A DNA stretch of 62,965 nt, filler included, from Paramecium tetraurelia (lineage: Eukaryota): assembly GCA_000165425.1 (NCBI GenBank). It is 8 parts of 5 records of this genome, joined end to end, with 100 filler letters (N's around TTAATTAATTAA, not from the genome) between each part and the next. Parts side by side here need not be neighbours in the genome. Positions count along the whole stretch, not along the records: positions 1 to 15,413 come from CT868055.1; 7 more parts are not named here. One strand, 5' to 3'. The notes under the pieces are model-generated. The model had not been told where the DNA came from, ran no database searches, and worked only from the letters and a program-made list of their open reading frames with translations. The translations under genes and the position numbers were made by a program. How positions within the stretch are numbered: position 1 is the first letter of the stretch; each line of letters starts with the position of its first letter. Shown here in pieces: positions 1 through 14,167 of the stretch.

Positions 1-1149
1 GAAAGTGGGCATTTAGATGTTGAAGGAAATCTGTAATTAAAAGCATGGTGGAAACAGCAAATAAAATGCAACTTTCTCTAGACAATTTTCTTCATAAAGA
101 TATGCTTGTAGATCAATTTAAAATTTCTGGAAAATGTGTATCATAAATTCTACTAATACTTTATTAGAAGGATGCGTATATATCTAATCATAATTTGGTT
201 CCCACCCCTTGAATTAGATGAGATGATCATCTCACTTTTTATAACTTACGCAGTTAAATACTTATTAAATGAAGCAATACTAGTGTTAAAAGGCTTTGTC
301 TTTGCTGATATTGGGAAATATATTAATTGTGCTGGCCGTGTGGGTTAGAAACTTCAATTTAGAATCGTCTTCTTTCTTTTGTATAAATTAAAACCTTAAA
401 GCAGTTATTTGAGATTCAATGCTTTGACTTTAAGTTTAAATTACAAGATTGCCTTTTAAATAAAGTTCATCCTCAAAGAAATAATTTTTTTTAATTTATA
501 TATTGATATCTCTTCATTAAAAGGTATTAATACAATTTCCAATATCACTTTTATCAAGATAATTGCATCTCCAACCTTATCTATATAAAGTAACCCTTGT
601 TCTGAATTTCATTAATAATTTTTGATAATGGTAAGAACTTACGTTGTATTTGGCTTATGAAATGCAATATTTTCTTTTGAATATAATTGAATTATAATTA
701 TCAATAATTGATATATATATGGACTAATATTTATGTTAAATTCAAATTCACACAAATTAATAAATCAATCATATAATTACTAATAATAATTAAGGATTTA
801 ATATAAACTTAATTCTAAGTAGTTTAGCAGATCATTTACTTTTCTCACATGCTAGTACTCATGTTTCTTTCATATTAATAAAATGATAACCCCATACACA
901 AATTGCTTCATATAATACAATAAACTCCTATTTTATTTATAGATTCTTATATATTATGTAAATTAAAGATGCTTATCTTTCTACTATAATATAGGTATCA
1001 ATATCACCTTTATTAGCATTTAATAATTGATAAATATAATATTCCAATTAATTCTTTTTTATAGTTTAAATCCTATCTCTGATAATAAAATGATAATATA
1101 ACTCTACAAAAAGATTTTACTTTAATCGATTCATTAGGAAAATATATAT

Positions 1150-2200
1150 AATATATTAATAAAACATCATCATCATGCGCATAAGTAATTTTAGATCATT
1201 GAAACAGTCTCAATATAAATAAACATTATAAAAATGTTTATTTGGAAGTATATTTAAATTTTAGTTTTTACCAAAATTTGAATCATAAAATAAAATATAT
1301 GAAGTTGACCTTAATTCAAATTCCAAACTATAGTGTCATTATTTATGAGAGTAATTCTTTAACCATAATAACCGTGCTTTTTAAATTATATGTCTAAACT
1401 GCCAGGTTAAATTGTTGCTTAATTTTCCATATTATTTATTTATTTTCGCTACAGGAATCCAATTAATTTTAACTTACATTCAAAATAATTTAGTACCCAT
1501 ATGAATTGTGCATCTAAAGTGAATATTCAAATATCATTAAATTTTTAAGTTGACTCACTGTCCAAATTGATAGATCCACCATCATGACTTGAAAATAATT
1601 AATTCTCATTTCTCTTAAGATAAAACACCAAAAAGTAGAAACTGTTTCTGAAAAATTTGAAGGATTCCCATTAATCAAAACATCTAGATTCTTTCCAAGA
1701 TATTAATTTATCATCCACATATAAACCAGTTGAAATTTTCTGCTAAAAATTATTTAATAATCTAATTGTTGTGACCGTTCAATATATGACCTGACCCTTA
1801 AGGTAAACCTTCTTTTAATTTCCAAACTTTATATTCTAATTATACCCACTTACCATAATTGACCCTTATTTTTTGAACGAAATCAAACCATATAAATGAT
1901 CTTAGTGTAATTTCTGCAGTGATTCGATTTAGTTGTTTATTAATTAACTAATTTTTATAGTTGGAATTCAATAAGGATTTTCATATCTAATATGGTTTCT
2001 ATAACAATAATACAATACTCCACAGTTTAATAGTAGCAGCAATTTATATCTGTAAATTATTTGTTATTATCATTGTAAGATTTAATATTGAGATCATCTT
2101 GAATTAATTCAAATTATTATAATTCCAATTATAAATCAAATTTTGAAGCTTCCTAATTTAGAAACAAAAGTTCTTACTTCCATTAATTGGAATTCAAGTT
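1150..2200 (-). pseudogene. Degenerate WD40-repeat protein (Paramecium expanded family); boundaries approximate
   Basis: Minus-strand fragments GLISFKKQGSIMVSGYNQNIKF and YLKRNENQLFSSHDGGSI resemble the family consensus AIAFNKDGSIMVSGC..DIKVW and LILNQNEDQLISGS. They are interrupted by TGA codons and frame changes. Confidence 0.4.
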
Positions 2201-2324
2201 AATTTTATCATATAATCTAAAATTTGAAGCTTAAAAGTGTATATATGATTCGAGAATTTATAAATCAAGACTTTGCTAAATTAAAGTAATTATATTTTAT
2301 ATTAACAATTTTTCTCTTTCAACA

Positions 2325-4284
2325 TCAAAGTTGTAGCAAAGATAATCTGGACATAGAGAAACTATTAAATCCTGATTACACCGGTGTATTTGAGAAGAGG
2401 GTATTACGTGTTTTGGAAAATGTAACTGGATGAATTTATTGCCTCATGCGCTTGAAGTTTTCTGGGATAAAAAGAGCAATGGACCATTCATACAAACTTA
2501 TCAATCATAACAAGTAATTTTTAGTTTACTCATTTATATAATCAATTGATAAATAATTATATAAACCATTTAAAAAAGAATGCTATGCAAATCTTTTTAT
2601 AATTATTTAATATATAAGAGTATTAAAAAATTCTCTAAATATCCTTCCATTCAAGTTTCGAAATGCTTGTAAGATAAGTGTTTCCCAAAAGCAACTCGAA
2701 CATTTCAGAAAAATCTTTTAAATTCTAAGGTATTCTCATGCTAACAAATTGCATCGTATTAGATACTTTTCCTGACTCAATATTATACATCCTTTGCATC
2801 AATAAACTAGAAATTATTGAGAACTTCGTATTTGACGGGTGAGTATCATATAATTTCCAAACTAGAATATTCACAGATTCTATTAATATCCAGACAAATA
2901 TCAAGTATTCCACTTCTAGTCAAAATTTAATTACTCTTCATAGTCACCAAATCTCGCAAAAAGAATCGTGGGTAGACTCATCAGAGATTTGATTTTTATG
3001 CACTTTAAAGTTGGTTATTCCGGTTTTAATTTATTTTCCAATTATTAACTAAATGTTATGAGTAACTTTATCCTACAATTTACTTAAGCTAAGGGTCGAA
3101 TATAGTGTCTAGAACACTCCCGTTTAAAGATACTAATAGTATATTCCCATTCTATAATATTAAGTGAGGACTAAATCTACATACTAATATTTGAGGGGTA
3201 GCGTATATTGTTAATTTGAGACTGGTTAGATCTTGATTAATCTTGAAATCACAATAGCTAGAAGTCTCAAAATAATATAATTAGTTGTGATGGCTGATTC
3301 GTTTCTTATATGTAAAATTATTTGTTTAATTTTAAGTTTATTATTTGAAAACTGTTTAATCATAGGATTCGGATAACAATGGAGGATAAAACTCACTAAA
3401 GGGGATGACTTTTCTACCTTTTTATCTCTAATATGAGAGACATCAAATTTTATGCAAAAGAATGACGCTAAGTGATAAAGAAATTGGTAATGGTCAATAT
3501 TCAAAAATAAAATTGCTTTTAGAATTTAGATCAGCTTTTGTGCTAACTATTTTTAGGTTTGATTATTTATGCAAAAAGGACTCACTTGTATTCCAAAAGC
3601 TCTCCTTGTTATAAATGCAGTAGCCTTTTAAGCTTAAATAATTCTCTGAGTTAATGAAAATGGGCTATTTATTTATGTTGATTCACAATTTTCCAAAATA
3701 TGGATTAATTACATACATGGCGATAAATTCTTCTTATTAATTAGAGCTCCTCTTCGTAAAATTACGACCGCTACATTCGCTGGTAAAATATCATTGCTAA
3801 TGACATTATGCTATTTCATTGAAGTTCATCAAATGATTTTCTTGCCAACATATCCCACCTCTTCATTGATAGAAAAGTTATAGAGCTCTCTCTCTCTCTT
3901 TTGATCGATCCATTACACTACTTAAGAGGCTATCTAGTTTCATGTAGCTATTATTTTCTCTGGTCAACAAGGCCTATTCTAATCTATAGATTTGATTCAA
4001 GATATTTTAGACAATATAAAATTCTTCCTTTGTAATCACATGAGTATACTGATCATCTAAATATCACGAAATGTAGATTATTAGAATAGGGATAATTGTA
4101 AGTTTGTTCGCAATATTAAATTGACTCATTGAATCATAACGGAATTAGATACCTTAAATCAAACTGATTAAATTCATCAATTTAAAGATATCTAACTAAC
4201 TGGTTTAAAATTTTCAATTGGTAAGCTTAATTCAATTGAACAGATACTAAAGAAAATAAATATGAGAATTTTGTAGTAATTCAT
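2325..4284 (-). pseudogene. Degenerate secreted/membrane protein gene
   Basis: ATG at 4284 opens a signal-peptide-like MNYYKILIFIFFSICSIELSLP. Downstream coding-like segments are broken by TGAs and frameshifts. A possible C-terminal tail ...SGFNSFSMSRLSLLQL-TGA ends at 2325. Confidence 0.3.
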
Positions 4285-4899
4285 TTCTGCTATTTTTAAA
4301 GTAATTTACAGATTCTTAAATACATTCTTAATAATTCTTATAATTTTTGATTACTCATTCTCTAGTATCATAATCAAATACTGACAATATTTCATAAGGT
4401 TTAAGTTTGAGAATTCTAACTATATCATTAATTATAAGTTCATCTGCTAGCATTTCCTGAGAATTAATAAATTTAATGGGGTTAGAAATTCAACTAAATG
4501 AGTCACTTATGTAGAAGTGTAGTTTTTATGTGTAATTCTCTATCCATCTTTTAATTAGCTAATGGCTTCATTGTTATATCAAACTATCTTACTCATATAA
4601 CTTATGTTGCAAAGTGACAATTAAGTGTTTTTATGTATTGCTAGCAAAAGCTGCATTTCATTCGTTTTCTGAGAAGTGTCAACTTTTATATAGGTGGATG
4701 GCATATTAATTTAATATTTTTCATCTTTGAGCCTTGCAAATTATATTATAACTTGGTGCTAGCATCTAAATGCTTTATATTAAATATAATATCCCACAAA
4801 TATAATAAAAGAATTTCAGTTATAATATCAAATTATTATTATATATCGAATTCTTTTTTGTCTTTTGTATTTCTCAGTGAGTAAACAAATAAATTAGTA

Positions 4900-7800
4900 C
4901 TAATCATTTACCTAATTTTTATAGCCCCAAATTGTTTATTATATCTCTAAGTCTTGAGATGTTCGGTAAAGCATATGACTTAGTGCAAAATGGATTGATA
5001 AAATTATTACTATCGGAAGCCACTAAAGGTTGTATTTTGGCTCTCTTCTATCAACATAAAAACTATTTGTAAAAAGATCAAAAACCACCATTTGTGTATT
5101 ATGCGCAAACGATTTTATCAGCTTGTTATCCATTCTGCTAGCGTTGGAGATGATAAATATTGATCCATTTTTGTAATCAGTTTTACTTTGAGCCACACCT
5201 TCTTCTTTGAGTTGACGTTAAATTATTACTCATTTTTAATAGTACTATTTACTATTTATTTCTTACCTTTTGTGCAAACAGTTCCTAAGCTTGAACACTT
5301 TTATAACTTAAGCACAGGCTCAATATTCAGTATTAAATTTAGGAGTAGTGATTTCAAGCAAGTAATGCTCAAATAAAAGAGAGTATACCAATTGAATAAA
5401 AATGTAAATAGGCAAACAGTATATGAAAATCAACTTATGATTTTATAGTTTCTATTTTTGTGATATTTATTAGAACTGCTTCTTATGCATTATGTAATGA
5501 TGATTAAACTGAATCAAGATCTTCATTAACTAGTGCCTGACATAAAATTTTTCTACATTCATTACTTCTTGTTCAACCTTAGACAGCAATTCTAACATCA
5601 GTTGTGAAAAATATCGTCCTGTTATTACAAGCTTAACTCTTTTGTTAATACTTCCTTTCAGCTACTTATCTTAAAATAATACTGCTGGTAATAACAAAGA
5701 TCAACTAATTATTCCAACTCCTTGCCCCACCCTATGAATGTTTGAGCTGGCTTGCGATGATGGATTTTATCTAAATCCAAATATATATATATAATATGTT
5801 TGTTGAGATTGCTTAAAAAATACTATTTGTAGGTTTATTTAAGGTTTGTTAATTATTTACCTTCTGCTTCGCCTCTTATAAAATGTGATGTTAATATTGA
5901 CAAAAAAAATTTAAATGTTGCATTCATGGACGTAATAACACAAAAATAGAAACTCATATCTACAAAAGTTTAAGAGCACATTCATTACAAATATTAATGG
6001 CTTCAGAGTAATATACAAGCAGACATGCACATGAATATTTGATCCACAAGAATTCATGTTATTTTCATAATGTATTACTAATAAACACAAAGAGATATGA
6101 ACTATTATTATGATTGTCAAGAAATTACAAAAAAACAGGCTGAGACTAATTTAGATGGTTGATATTGACATAAGAACTTCAGCTAAAATTGAGGTAAATA
6201 TGAAGTGAAACCCTAGACTGTTTTAAATAAGCAGACAAGTGTACTACTTATGGTTATGGATTCTTTGCTAAGGCATTTAATGAAAACTCTGATACATTTT
6301 ATAACCATTCATCCTTTTATCTTTCACTACAACCGCTCCTTGTAATCTATTTAATGCGCTTATCATTCTAAATCTTTAATGGGTGATCTTATCTCTTATT
6401 TAAAGTGTTTTGGTGGCTAGTTTTTACCATATGCATAAAGATTATCTCAGCCCCTATCTTATATGTAAGACACAACTCAAATCTTAGAGATACATATTTC
6501 CTATCACATAAACATTTGTTATCAATGTGAATATCTGTATATAAGTTCAATGTAAATATTTGTAGGAAATACATTTCTTTATATGCTGTCTGTAATTATT
6601 ACTGATTGCACTCAATATTGAACTATTTGTAAGATAATCTCTAAAACTGTTGAAAGTTGTTCTCAATGCTGTCTTAAAATGACTCGACAAGCTGTAATGC
6701 ATGTTAAACTATCTGTCAAAATATATGCTAATTATTCTTAATGTACTTCATGCTTCACCTTAACTTCTAATAGTTGCAGTGAATATAGTATTATTTGTTC
6801 TTAATGACCATCCCAATAAACTAAAAGTTATCATCAAAGAATTTACACTACTCTGTTAAGAATAGCTATACCTCCTAATTTTACTACATCGTCAATAACA
6901 GTAAATTATTAAGTGCACAAGTAACTATAATTGTTTGTACTAATGATAAATTCTCGTTACAATCTGGATATTGTTTAATTTTGCAACCTTTTAATAGTTG
7001 TAATCGGCTATTGAATGTACTGATTATAATGGTTTGCTTGTTTATGCTTCAATTAATTTTAGAATTGTTATTTCTTTGTGCACTAGTAAATGTTCTAACT
7101 ACGTTGTTCTTGCATTTTCTAGTAGAACTAAACATAAGTTTTTTCTAGATTAGTGGTATTTATTTCATCTACTCCTTGTGTATCTACAATGGAAGCACTA
7201 CAAATAGTGTCTAAACTTTGGCGCTTCAGGAGCATTAATATTAAGCTCTTCATGTAATAAATATATTTTCTTGGGAATTTATTTGTGTAATTGCTATGAT
7301 AGAGCATATTATTCATCAATTAGTGATTATCTTTTATTAATTGTGCTATGGCTTCTTCGGCTAATTTGTTCTTACTGTTTTGTAGGAATTTTTATATGTG
7401 GAGTATTGCCTGTCCTTGCACCTTGTACCCTGTTTTTTTTGCTCTATAATATGTGCCTCTTGTTTTTTTCGTTGTTTTGAGGCAATAATAGTAACATTGC
7501 TCATAACCTTGTAAATTATGCAAACTAAATTTTGAAACAAACTTTTAAAATTATTCATAATATCAGAGTTGTTGCATTAATTTTACTTAATCCTACATCT
7601 GGTTTTATCTGAATGTTATTTTTATATTCAAATAAAATATTAGAATAGTAGTTTAGCATGTTTACTTATCAAATTGTGTAATTATATTTCCTAATATTCT
7701 TCTTGTATATCAAGCTAATGCTCTAATTCCTGCTTCTATGGTTGACCCATTAAAAAAATCTAAATCATGCAACATGATGTGAATCTGTCTTATACCTCAT

Positions 7801-10600
7801 TGTACTACTGATGAAAATATATATGATTCAAGCATTCCTATATCATTTCTATGTTGCACAATTCTGTGCTAAAGTTTGTTAATATTTGACCGTCTGATTT
7901 AGCAATTTTATAAATATTCCTGGACAGCGTTTTGAGACTTCCCTATTACAAAGTGTTAAACTATCTGCCATATCTCATTTCTTAAAACTATGGAGCAGTT
8001 CTGGGATCTAGCAGTCATTTGTCTTGCGTGAATAATTTTGTCCAAATTCTTTACATTACTAGATTAAGATGATGACAGTTTAGACAGCAGCAAACCATTT
8101 ATAGTTTATTGCAATTATTTGGTTACACGTGTTTGCATTGTATTCAATTTAAAGTTTAATTTATTGATATTGTCCTACAGAATTACAAAGATAACCTACT
8201 AGCTGCAAAGATCATATTCATGACTTGATATCGATGAAATGGTTATCTCTATGTATAATTGTGTTGTTAGCTATGTTTCCTGCTGAAATTAGTTTAACAG
8301 CAATAGAATTGTCTTTGTGGTAAAATGTAATTGTTTAGCTACAAATTGTGCAATAATAGTTAGGCTGTATTTCTAGATATTTGATTTCTTTTCTTACCTG
8401 AACAGCTAGTTTTTACAAGCAGGAAATTTAGGTCTTTTATCACATTTAAAATGGAGATTTAAAATAGGGCTTTTGTTTCAAATACCCAGAAAATGCAACT
8501 GTAAATTCATAACGTCTTGATGGCTATGATGTTGAACATAGTAACTGTTTCTTTTATCCTGAAAAATCTTGTACTTATATTACTCCTATACTACTACTAA
8601 ATACCTTAATAGGTTGGATCATATACTGCTAGCAACGATTACTCGTGATGCATACCTGAATTCAATTTATTGAAACTCTTGAAATTAATGGATTTTAATA
8701 TTCTGCATCTCCTGGCTTTCATTGTAGAACTCAAAACTCTCAGATCTCAAATAAATTATTATATCCAGCATTCTATATGTATTCGTAGAAGTATAAACTA
8801 CTACTTTCAAAAATTTGATGCTGACAGAAAATAAAAGAGAAATTTATGATAGTTGTTTAATATGATGCATATATACTGGAAATTTTATCAAAAAAATACA
8901 TTATGTGCTTATGCCTTGCATTAAAGACTCTTGTGATTAAAATGAAAAATGATGAGCTGATCCTGAATATGAAGAATGTCTTTCTGTTTCACTGGATCAT
9001 ATTAAGGAGAATAGCTAGACAAACATAGACCTGAGATGTTCTGGCACGTCTAATACTTCATGAAGTCCTTTTTAATTCATAACTTGAAAGTGTTGGTATG
9101 TAATCATAACATTATACCCAGGTAGGAATAAAACTTACAAAAATTACTAATGTACACAAAAACTAATTATTTAAAATAAGTTATAAAGATTTCTCCATTT
9201 CACAAGCTCGACAATTACTAATAGTTATCCTACATTTGATGCATGAAAGAGGACCTTAAAGGAATATTTGGAGAATTTAAAATTTATGCTTCAAAACAAG
9301 CTTTACAAGTTCTATTAGTAAAATAAGGGGATGAGCATTATAATTAACATAATCTAACACAACCCAAAAAGTGCATCAATTATGATTGTAAGATTTGCTT
9401 CGAAATTGTAGAAATAAACCAAGCTTTTATACAAAGGGTGGCCAGTTCTTTAGAATTTTTGTGAAAGTTTTATCTGGATAAGCAAAATATTAGTCTTTAT
9501 TAATATCTGCTCGTCGGTTGCTATCTATGATATCGATTAAGGCAGTTTCATATATTTAACAACAAACTGGAAGATGGAATTTAAAACTACTAGCTATTAA
9601 AAGAGGTATAAACTAATCTAGATACTACTTAAAGACAATCATCACTAAGTATTATTCTATTACTTGAAAGATTAATTTAAAATTGGCAAATCTAAAATTA
9701 ACCCTTATGGCGTTTAGCAATATAAGGTAGGGATAAATGGCATCAAATTGTTTTAAGATTAAATTTACGGAGCATGACTATGAAACAATATTAGGATGGA
9801 GCTCGTTAGTATTATAATTTACAGTGGAACTCTAAGTTACTGGATAACTACGCCATGGAATGATTAAACAACAAGGTAAAATAGTCTCATTTGATTAATT
9901 TCATAGAGCCTGAACCATGGTGTCAATGTATATCAAATTTAATTGAAGCTTTGGAGAATTTTCTTCAATTAATAAGATGTTAAAAGAATAGGAAAATTTT
10001 ATCAATAAAATATACTAGCAGCAAACATTGTGGATATAATTAGTTCTTTTAGGAAATTCACGCAGAGTTTTTAATAATTGATGAATGATGCCTGTGGTTC
10101 ATATTTTATTTTATATGACTTTAATAAAATTTTATCACTGTCTAATTTAGAACTAACAAAACTCCTTAATGAACTTGTGATTATGAAGCGTCTGCATCAG
10201 CTATTGTTTCTAAATATTTCTGATTAGTTATTATGACACCTTACAAGATCCTAGTGCTTGCACTTTATGTTCAACTTCATGAACTTCTGGGTCAACATCA
10301 GTTTTTAGTAATTGAGTTACAGGTTCAGACTTAATATCATATAATACATGATATTTTTTGATAAAATTACTCTCCTTGATAAAAGTAATAACAATTATGT
10401 GTCTTAAACAAGATTAACTTATAGAAATTTGATTAAATGCATATAGTTAAAAATGAATATTAAATATCTTCTAAATGTATTTGATATTTATTTATGCAAC
10501 TAAAGTTATATCCTTAGATATTAACTGTCTTGTGGCAGTTGTGTATTTTTGTTTACAATTTTGATATACTTTGAGGTGAGATTTATGATTTACAATTAAT
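4900..10600 (+). pseudogene. Heavily decayed giant Cys-rich surface protein gene; boundaries approximate
   Basis: Scattered furin-like remnants occur in shifting frames with many TGAs: ACYPFCQ ~5120, PTPCPTL*..ACDDGFYLNP ~5715, CINYDCKICFE ~9372. Confidence 0.5.
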
Positions 10601-10679
10601 AGTTTACATGGCTTATTGAATAAACATTCAATGGCACATATATTTTTACAATATATTAAAAATTTCCAAATATTTACGA

Positions 10680-13600
10680 TTAAGCAACGAATCTCGGCTC
10701 CTTAGAGGATGAATACCAAGTTCCCTTTTTATTGCTTTCTAACTAGGTGAATACCCTGTTCCTTTTTTACTAGGTGAAATTGTATCTGCACAATCTTCTA
10801 GCCTAGAACTCCCATCTAACCATGATAAAATTGTTTAAAAAAGAAATTATCTATGTCTTTATTTACTTTGACATAAAATTTTTCCTTTTCAAATTTTCCA
10901 GGAAAGGGTTAGGAGGAGAATCCTCGAGACACGCCAATTATGATATCACGATAATTTTAATAAATATTTTTTCATTTCTAAATAATCTAGAAATTATAAA
11001 TCAAACCCCTTATACGTTTCAAATTTATTACTAGGCTAAACTAAATTCAGAGCTGATAGTTTGTGATATATCCATTAGCTCAGACTCGAATGTAAGACCA
11101 ATGTTTATGTAGTCAGAGCATTAGAATGCAGATGCGAAGAAGGGATGTATATTGAGTAGATTATAGTTAAAAAATAAATAAAAGGATCAGGACTTTATTT
11201 GTTGCATGCTAATGCAAGGAGCTCCAAAAGCCATAGATTTAGGATTTATTGGATTATTGTGCAATCAATTTAAAACAATTACATTTTAGCAACCAGCCTC
11301 TCCAATATTTTCCAAGGTTAAATAATATGACTTGATATTATTGATAAGGGAGTCTAAAACATATGCTGTATAACAAAAAGGAAGGTGAGAATACCGTCCA
11401 CTCAATCTAAATAACTTACATAATACTCTTCTAAATACATGATATTCCAGAAGAACAAGGATTTAAATTAGGCAATAAAATGCACATTACATCATTAAAT
11501 AAAGCTGAAAAAGAATTGTCATGCTGAATATTATTATACAGATAATTAATTAATGCACTTCAGCATAGCCATCAAAACAGAATATCTAACTGACAACAAT
11601 TACAGCTAACATGAAATCTGACAACTCAGCTCCTAATAGAATTGGTGACTCAGATTTGCATTTTTTTACTCATTAATCAAAGTGTGCATGAGTTAAGGGT
11701 TATATATTAATATAATCGCCCTAATTATTAGTAGGGTAAGGATAATGTGTAACTATAGCACGAATTAATTATAATCTAATTGCCACTAGACACATCAAAT
11801 ATCACAATAATGATTCCTCTTTATGGGAGGATTACTATTTACATAAAATAGTTATTTAAGTCGAATAGAATACAAGACATGAAGGCTAATTCTGGAGGAG
11901 TCAGCAATTATGAGATTCAGTTGCCAAAAAAAAAAAGGTTTCTTAGAAAAATCGACCTATTTAATTTTAAATGGTTTGGTGGTATTTCAGTTCAATATGG
12001 ACTAAATATAATTATGCTTTACCTTTTTAGTAAGGTACAATTTGTACTCAGCGAATTATTACGTCTTTCAACATTGTTCTTCATACCGTACTCCCTGTTT
12101 CTGATGTATGAAAAGAATTTAATGCACATGTCTTTATGGTCTATATGGAGATATACATACTAAGTGCTTTCCATTCATGATATGATAAAAGAAACATTCT
12201 TAGTTTAATACACTTTGTGCATAGTTGCAGTTTATATCATAGGTACATTACTGAAGTATTTTGTTTCTCTTGATTGCAAAGGATGTTGGAACTTTAATAT
12301 TACATAAATTAGTTATCAAATTGGTAATATATTGATTTAACAAATTTGGCATTATTTGAACTTGTATTTGACCTATCAGTGCAAGTACTCAAGTTGCTTA
12401 TCTACATATGCACAACTAGAGCAATTTCTAAGTATGATTCATTATCACGTTAAATTTTTTCATTAAAGTGATTCGAACAAATTAAACAGGCTATGTAAGG
12501 AAGGGTATGTATGGATGCTAATGTAGTCTTCAACACTTTTCATATTCCGCAATGCTCATTGAAGTTATGTTGATGATGCCATTCATATTGCTTTGCCATT
12601 TAAGGCTGTTTTGCAAGCTATATCAATAATAGTATCTGAATATGTGCATTTAGCCACACATCTACCTTCCTTTTTATTGTGTAATTTGTGAGATAATTAG
12701 CATAAACTGCATTGCTAAAGTTGCAGGGGCATTAATACAAGTCCTTATTGTATAATTTAGTATTTATAAAATTATCGAGGGAAGCAATGACATTTTATGC
12801 AATGGGTATCATTTGAATTATTACACTGTTGAAGATGCACAAACAAACTTTATCTTGATTATCAAGCAAAAAAAAAAAAAACCTGATAATTAATATTCAA
12901 TTGAAAATACGGTTGAATCAGGAGCATTATCCTAAGAAAATTTGTTGGCTATTCCTGTCCATTAGCATGGATCTGCATCTTGGAAAGGTTGCATTATTTC
13001 CAAATTATTGTATCAAAAGTTGCAGGGATATCTACACATCTTTTCCAGAAACTGTACTCTTTTACAGAAATAGACTCTACATATTTTTCATCAACATAAT
13101 CAGCAGGAGCACTAACACACTATTTAACAGTATTTTACGCTCCATTCCAACCAAATGGATCACCACTTGCTTTGATCTAGCATTATCCTTCTAAAGTTGC
13201 AATACCTAGGCAATTAGTTGAAGTAGCAGCCTCTGTAAATTTAACAGTTGCTGAGTTAGAGTAAGTAGAACAATCAGAGTTGGGAGAGATTGATAATAAC
13301 TAGTAACCATAACATGAGCCTATTATTAAACGCAAGCTGACTAAGTTTCTGCTACCTCCTGATAGGTACGATTACAAATTTCATACATTATCGTTCCACA
13401 GAACAGGTTATTTTTCCATAACATTAACCACGGCTGAAATTGTGATACAAGAATTTGAATAAGATAAATAATAGTTTGAAATAAATTTTTTAATACATTC
13501 TGCTGGGATATGTATATGTAGTTTTGAAAAGTTAGCATGCTTTAATGATGTATACTAAGAGTTTTAGTGAAAAAAGTTAAATATCAGATTAAGTTCAGCA
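10680..13600 (-). pseudogene. Decayed lectin-like + furin-repeat + multi-TM surface protein gene; boundaries approximate
   Basis: In order on the minus strand: QVVDPFGWNG (~13170, like the DGW motif of the N-terminal domains of the gene at 20914), CNNSNDTHCIKC (~12820), hydrophobic segments at ~11900-11050, and an SPSKKGTGYSPS tail (~10770). Many frame breaks. Confidence 0.45.
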
Positions 13601-14167
13601 CTATTCGAATAGCATTTTTAACTTTTTATGTTGTAAAAGCTTCCAAAAAGTACATATTTGTGTCAACTCATTTTAATTAAGATATTTTTACCCATACCCT
13701 GCTTTTTGTTATGTTAATAAAAATTCATCATTATATATCAATTGATAGCCCATCTCATTCTAAGCTTCCTCATAAACACCTTTGATCCTCCATTCTCATT
13801 GCTGCAAAAATGTGAACACAAATTTTACAACACACATACACAAAAATATTTAGAGGGAAGGTCAATTAAACAATTTAGTGGAGATCAACTAAAATATTTG
13901 TGGAGTCATTTAAATTATTTGGGGTTAAGAGTCTTCTCAATTGTATCCATCATATAACCAGGAAATAGTAATCTTCTCCCTCATCATATACCTACTTTCA
14001 TATACACCTCAATTAATAGCCTTCACCATTCTAAGCATGTTCCCAAACACCTCGATCTTCTATCAATACTTATTGCTGAAAAATGCAATTCCAAACGCTA
14101 CTATTCTTCAAATAATAACAATGTAAAAGAGAATAAAATAAATTAATTATTTAATAATTAAATTTTA

